Source: Botryllus schlosseri (Eukaryota). Taken from it: DNA of 64,000 nt. Under the pieces are notes generated by a model. That model made no database searches. It was not told where the DNA came from and was given only the letters and a program-made list of their open reading frames with translations. Within the stretch, counting starts at the first letter, position 1, and each line of letters begins with the position of its first letter. The position numbers and the translations under genes were made by a program. The DNA is taken from positions 9,176,001 through 9,240,000 of the forward strand of contig CM119378.1 of assembly GCA_051294905.1 (NCBI GenBank), written 5' to 3'. Shown one piece after another: positions 61,014-64,000 of the stretch.

Positions 61014-62137
61014 CAGTGTTGCCACTCTAGGTTCCAGGAAAAACACAAGATTATGTTGTGAAAAAACACCAGATTGGCGAAAAAAAAAACACTAGATAAG
61101 TAAATTGCAGGAAAAATTTGCCGTTGCCAAGTAATCATAATGACCAAGGTACAAATCCATAGATGAGAAGTGTTCCGCACATGAATTCGATACATATGCA
61201 TGATATACTGCATGATTATTCGACGATAATTATTGAAACGAATTGATAATACTGCATAATTATTCAACGAAAATTAATGAAATGAATTCAACAGCGCGAA
61301 AAAAAATATTGTCGCTTTCGAATTGTACGGGGTCATAAAAATTTATCATTCGATTGTACACCATCCATCAAACATGCGTATCTTTTGTGTGGCATCTTGC
61401 TCACTACCGTACATCTTCAACCAAACAATGGGGGGTGTTCATGTCCATGTGCAGCATACTTCATTTCCACGAATGCAGTGGAATGTGACAATGCTAAGAG
61501 ATTCGTCATGAGCTTCCCCAGTAAATGGAATTTTGATTCACAGAACGCATTGTGCACAGATTTCAATTTTTGCAAAAATTCTGTTGGAGAGCATTTTGAC
61601 TGATAATCTGCAATTCATTTTGCGATCTTGCCAAAGCAGCCCATTCTTCCGACAAATCATTAAGCTCATCAAATAATATTACAGAGGGAAATTGCACAGC
61701 TAGAGGAATGATTTAGGCTGTTAACGGATTCTATAAACTCAAGACACTCAAGTATTCTGTCCTCGGCAAATGAAAATCTTGCCCGAATCTGCAGATTGAG
61801 TTCAACAAGAAACGACAGAGCATCAGAGCGAAATCGCTCTTCTTTTTTTCAGAGACTTTCGCTCATAAGTACGGATTCACAGGGCACCCTGTTACGTAAT
61901 AATTGCTTGTTACTGCACCACCACATAGAATTATTGAAAACAAACACAGCCAGATGCACTAAATCGCCTTATCAGCGATAAATTTAGCGTATTATTTAGT
62001 AGTCTAACCTTAGAATATTCATTGTTCGCACAAATGCAGAAAAACACTGGATTGGGAAAATTTTGCGAAAAAAAACACTAGAACACTAGGACGACCGAAA
62101 AAACACTAGATCTAAAACACTAGGAGTGGCACCACTG
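61014..62137 (-). mobile_element. hAT (Ac-type) element with a transposase C-terminal remnant
   Basis: TIR cagtgttgccact / agtggcaccactg; TSD attaggag; minus-strand FRSDALSFLVELNLQIRARF and FHLLGKLMTNLLALSHSTAFVE; sits inside another decayed MITE (~60510-62425). Confidence 0.85.
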
Positions 62138-62734
62138 ATTAGGAGCGTGAAACGAATAGAGACTGTCTTTGACACATATAACACCCCGCTTGTGACGTGA
62201 CAATTTCCCAATTCATCGGCAATGCCATGATTGGTTTGGTTCCGTTGTCATGGCCACGTGTGGTTATTTATCAGCTATGAAGCAATTTGAGCGCGTTCAA
62301 GTCGCATATGCTTAGCCTACATACCTCGGTTAAAAAATTTATGATAAATTTCCAAAAAGATTCGCGGCACACCTGAGAATATTTGGAGGCACACTAATGT
62401 GCCGCGGCACATACTTTGGAATCACTTGTCTGGTAAAGAACCACTGTTCTATGGCAAAGTCATCATATGTATCACATGATGGACGGACCCTGCGTGGGGT
62501 GTAGCGATACAAATCCTTTGTGCATGCTGCATCGTCCGTATACGTCCGTTTCCGGGTTTTGACGGTCCGTAAGAGCGTAGTTGTGACTGCTTTTCAACAC
62601 CACTCACTCCCACTTACTTCAAAACCACTTACTTACCTGAGTAATCTGTTTGACTTACTTTGACCACCCGTGAACACTCGTAGAAGCTTCGACGTGAAAG
62701 CGAATGCAGAGTTGCAAAACGTTCACTATAGGCA

Positions 62735-63843
62735 CAGAGGTCTTAAACTCAAATATGCTCGCGGGCCAATTTCCTATATTTTTGATGGCTTCGCGGGCCG
62801 CAGCAGGGGTATTTAATATATTACCAAGTAGGCCTTATTGAACGGGACTTTGCAGACTGGCATACCATAAACATCGTGGGCATGTGATTTGCTATTGTGA
62901 ATTCAAGCCTGGCACAAAAAAATCACATTTTTAAATGTTTAAATTTAGATTCTGTGGTATACTTAGCATAGGTTGTCAAAATAATTAGTTATAGACACCT
63001 TGCTAGTGTACAAATGCATCATGACATGCATGCATCGGAGTTAGATTTACCTTCGAATATCGGAACTGATCAATAACAATTTGAATATAATGAATGATAA
63101 ATGTACCATAGTAATAAAACAGTCCAATCGCCGAGGAATCCATTATTGTTACGGCGGTGAATCGTACCATTACCTCACTCGCAACCTTTAATTGGCTATA
63201 ATAACATGGATAAACAGACCCAAGATGGCGCAGGATGTAACTAACTATACATCAAGGGGACATCGGAATGCCAACGATTTCTATTGTCATTTCGACCTGC
63301 TTGGATAGCTAAATACACTACGCTACGCAACGCAAGCTACGACCTTTTGATATATCATTATTCTCCGTAACAGAGTATGATAGTTTGTTTAGTTCGTGGT
63401 CGTACCAAGTCACGGCGTTCTGAGTCACAAGTCATTTTCTGACTGTAAAGTTTGACCCGACTCAAGTCGAGTCATTTTTATTTTATCACCCATTCAGTCT
63501 GAGTTCGAGTAATTCTACGGAAGGTCGCGTCCAAGTTCAAATCACAATTTTCAGTCACGAATCATCAACGGGTGATGTTTTACCATCATAAACAGGTAAT
63601 ATATGTCGTGATAGCTGATCCCCCCACGGTAACTTTTTAAAGTGATGTGATAATGAAATTTGATGAGTAGTTTCAGGGCTTTGGAGTAGTTTTAAAGCGA
63701 ATTTTAAGATCTCAAAGCTACAAAAAATATATGTAGCAGTTAAATATTGTTGAATACTTCAAAATCCAAAATGACGACACGGGCCGCACAAAATGATCTC
63801 GCGAGCCGCATGCGGCCCGTGGGCCGCGTGTTTGAGACCTCTG
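62735..63843 (+). mobile_element. hAT family A copy (1,109 bp)
   Basis: Both TIRs match 6215-9527; internal gactc/gagtc block shared; no TSD recognisable. Confidence 0.82.
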
Positions 63844-64000
63844 CAGCACATGTAGAAAGACCTCATTAAGTAGCTGAGGACCGTAAGTACAACAACTGCT
63901 GCAGAGACGTCATTGAAGAGTCTTGCCGCCCAGCGCAATTTAGCATAACGAGACATCGCTAATATAACCATCATATAGGAGACAGTTTTGTAAGCGCTTG

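Overview
Eukaryotic (invertebrate metazoan; taxon not determinable from sequence) genomic DNA, AT-rich and dense in transposons. One large minus-strand host gene spans about 14.6-54.4 kb. I reconstructed 27 GT-AG exons with consistent phases, giving about 1,480 aa: candidate signal peptide, five MAM domains, one LDLa, a 187-aa Cys-to-IIGG linker with multibasic (furin-type) sites and an acidic tract, then an S1 serine protease with an intact His/Asp/Ser triad and Asn189. The 5' end and one internal donor are uncertain. Downstream of the gene (3.0-14.2 kb) is a nested stack: a fold-back MITE was split by a Ty3/Gypsy LTR element, which in turn took two nested hAT elements, a palindromic MITE and a 5'-truncated CR1/L2-type LINE. 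Introns hold many hAT derivatives with clean 8-bp TSDs, some with transposase remnants, plus tRNA-derived SINEs and a head-to-head Penelope-like element (PLE). The most notable finding is a set of minimal hammerhead ribozyme motifs in PLE 3' ends. One copy with an intact core (28195-28240) lies directly downstream of a tRNA-headed SINE, a candidate Pol III SINE/PLE-hammerhead chimera.
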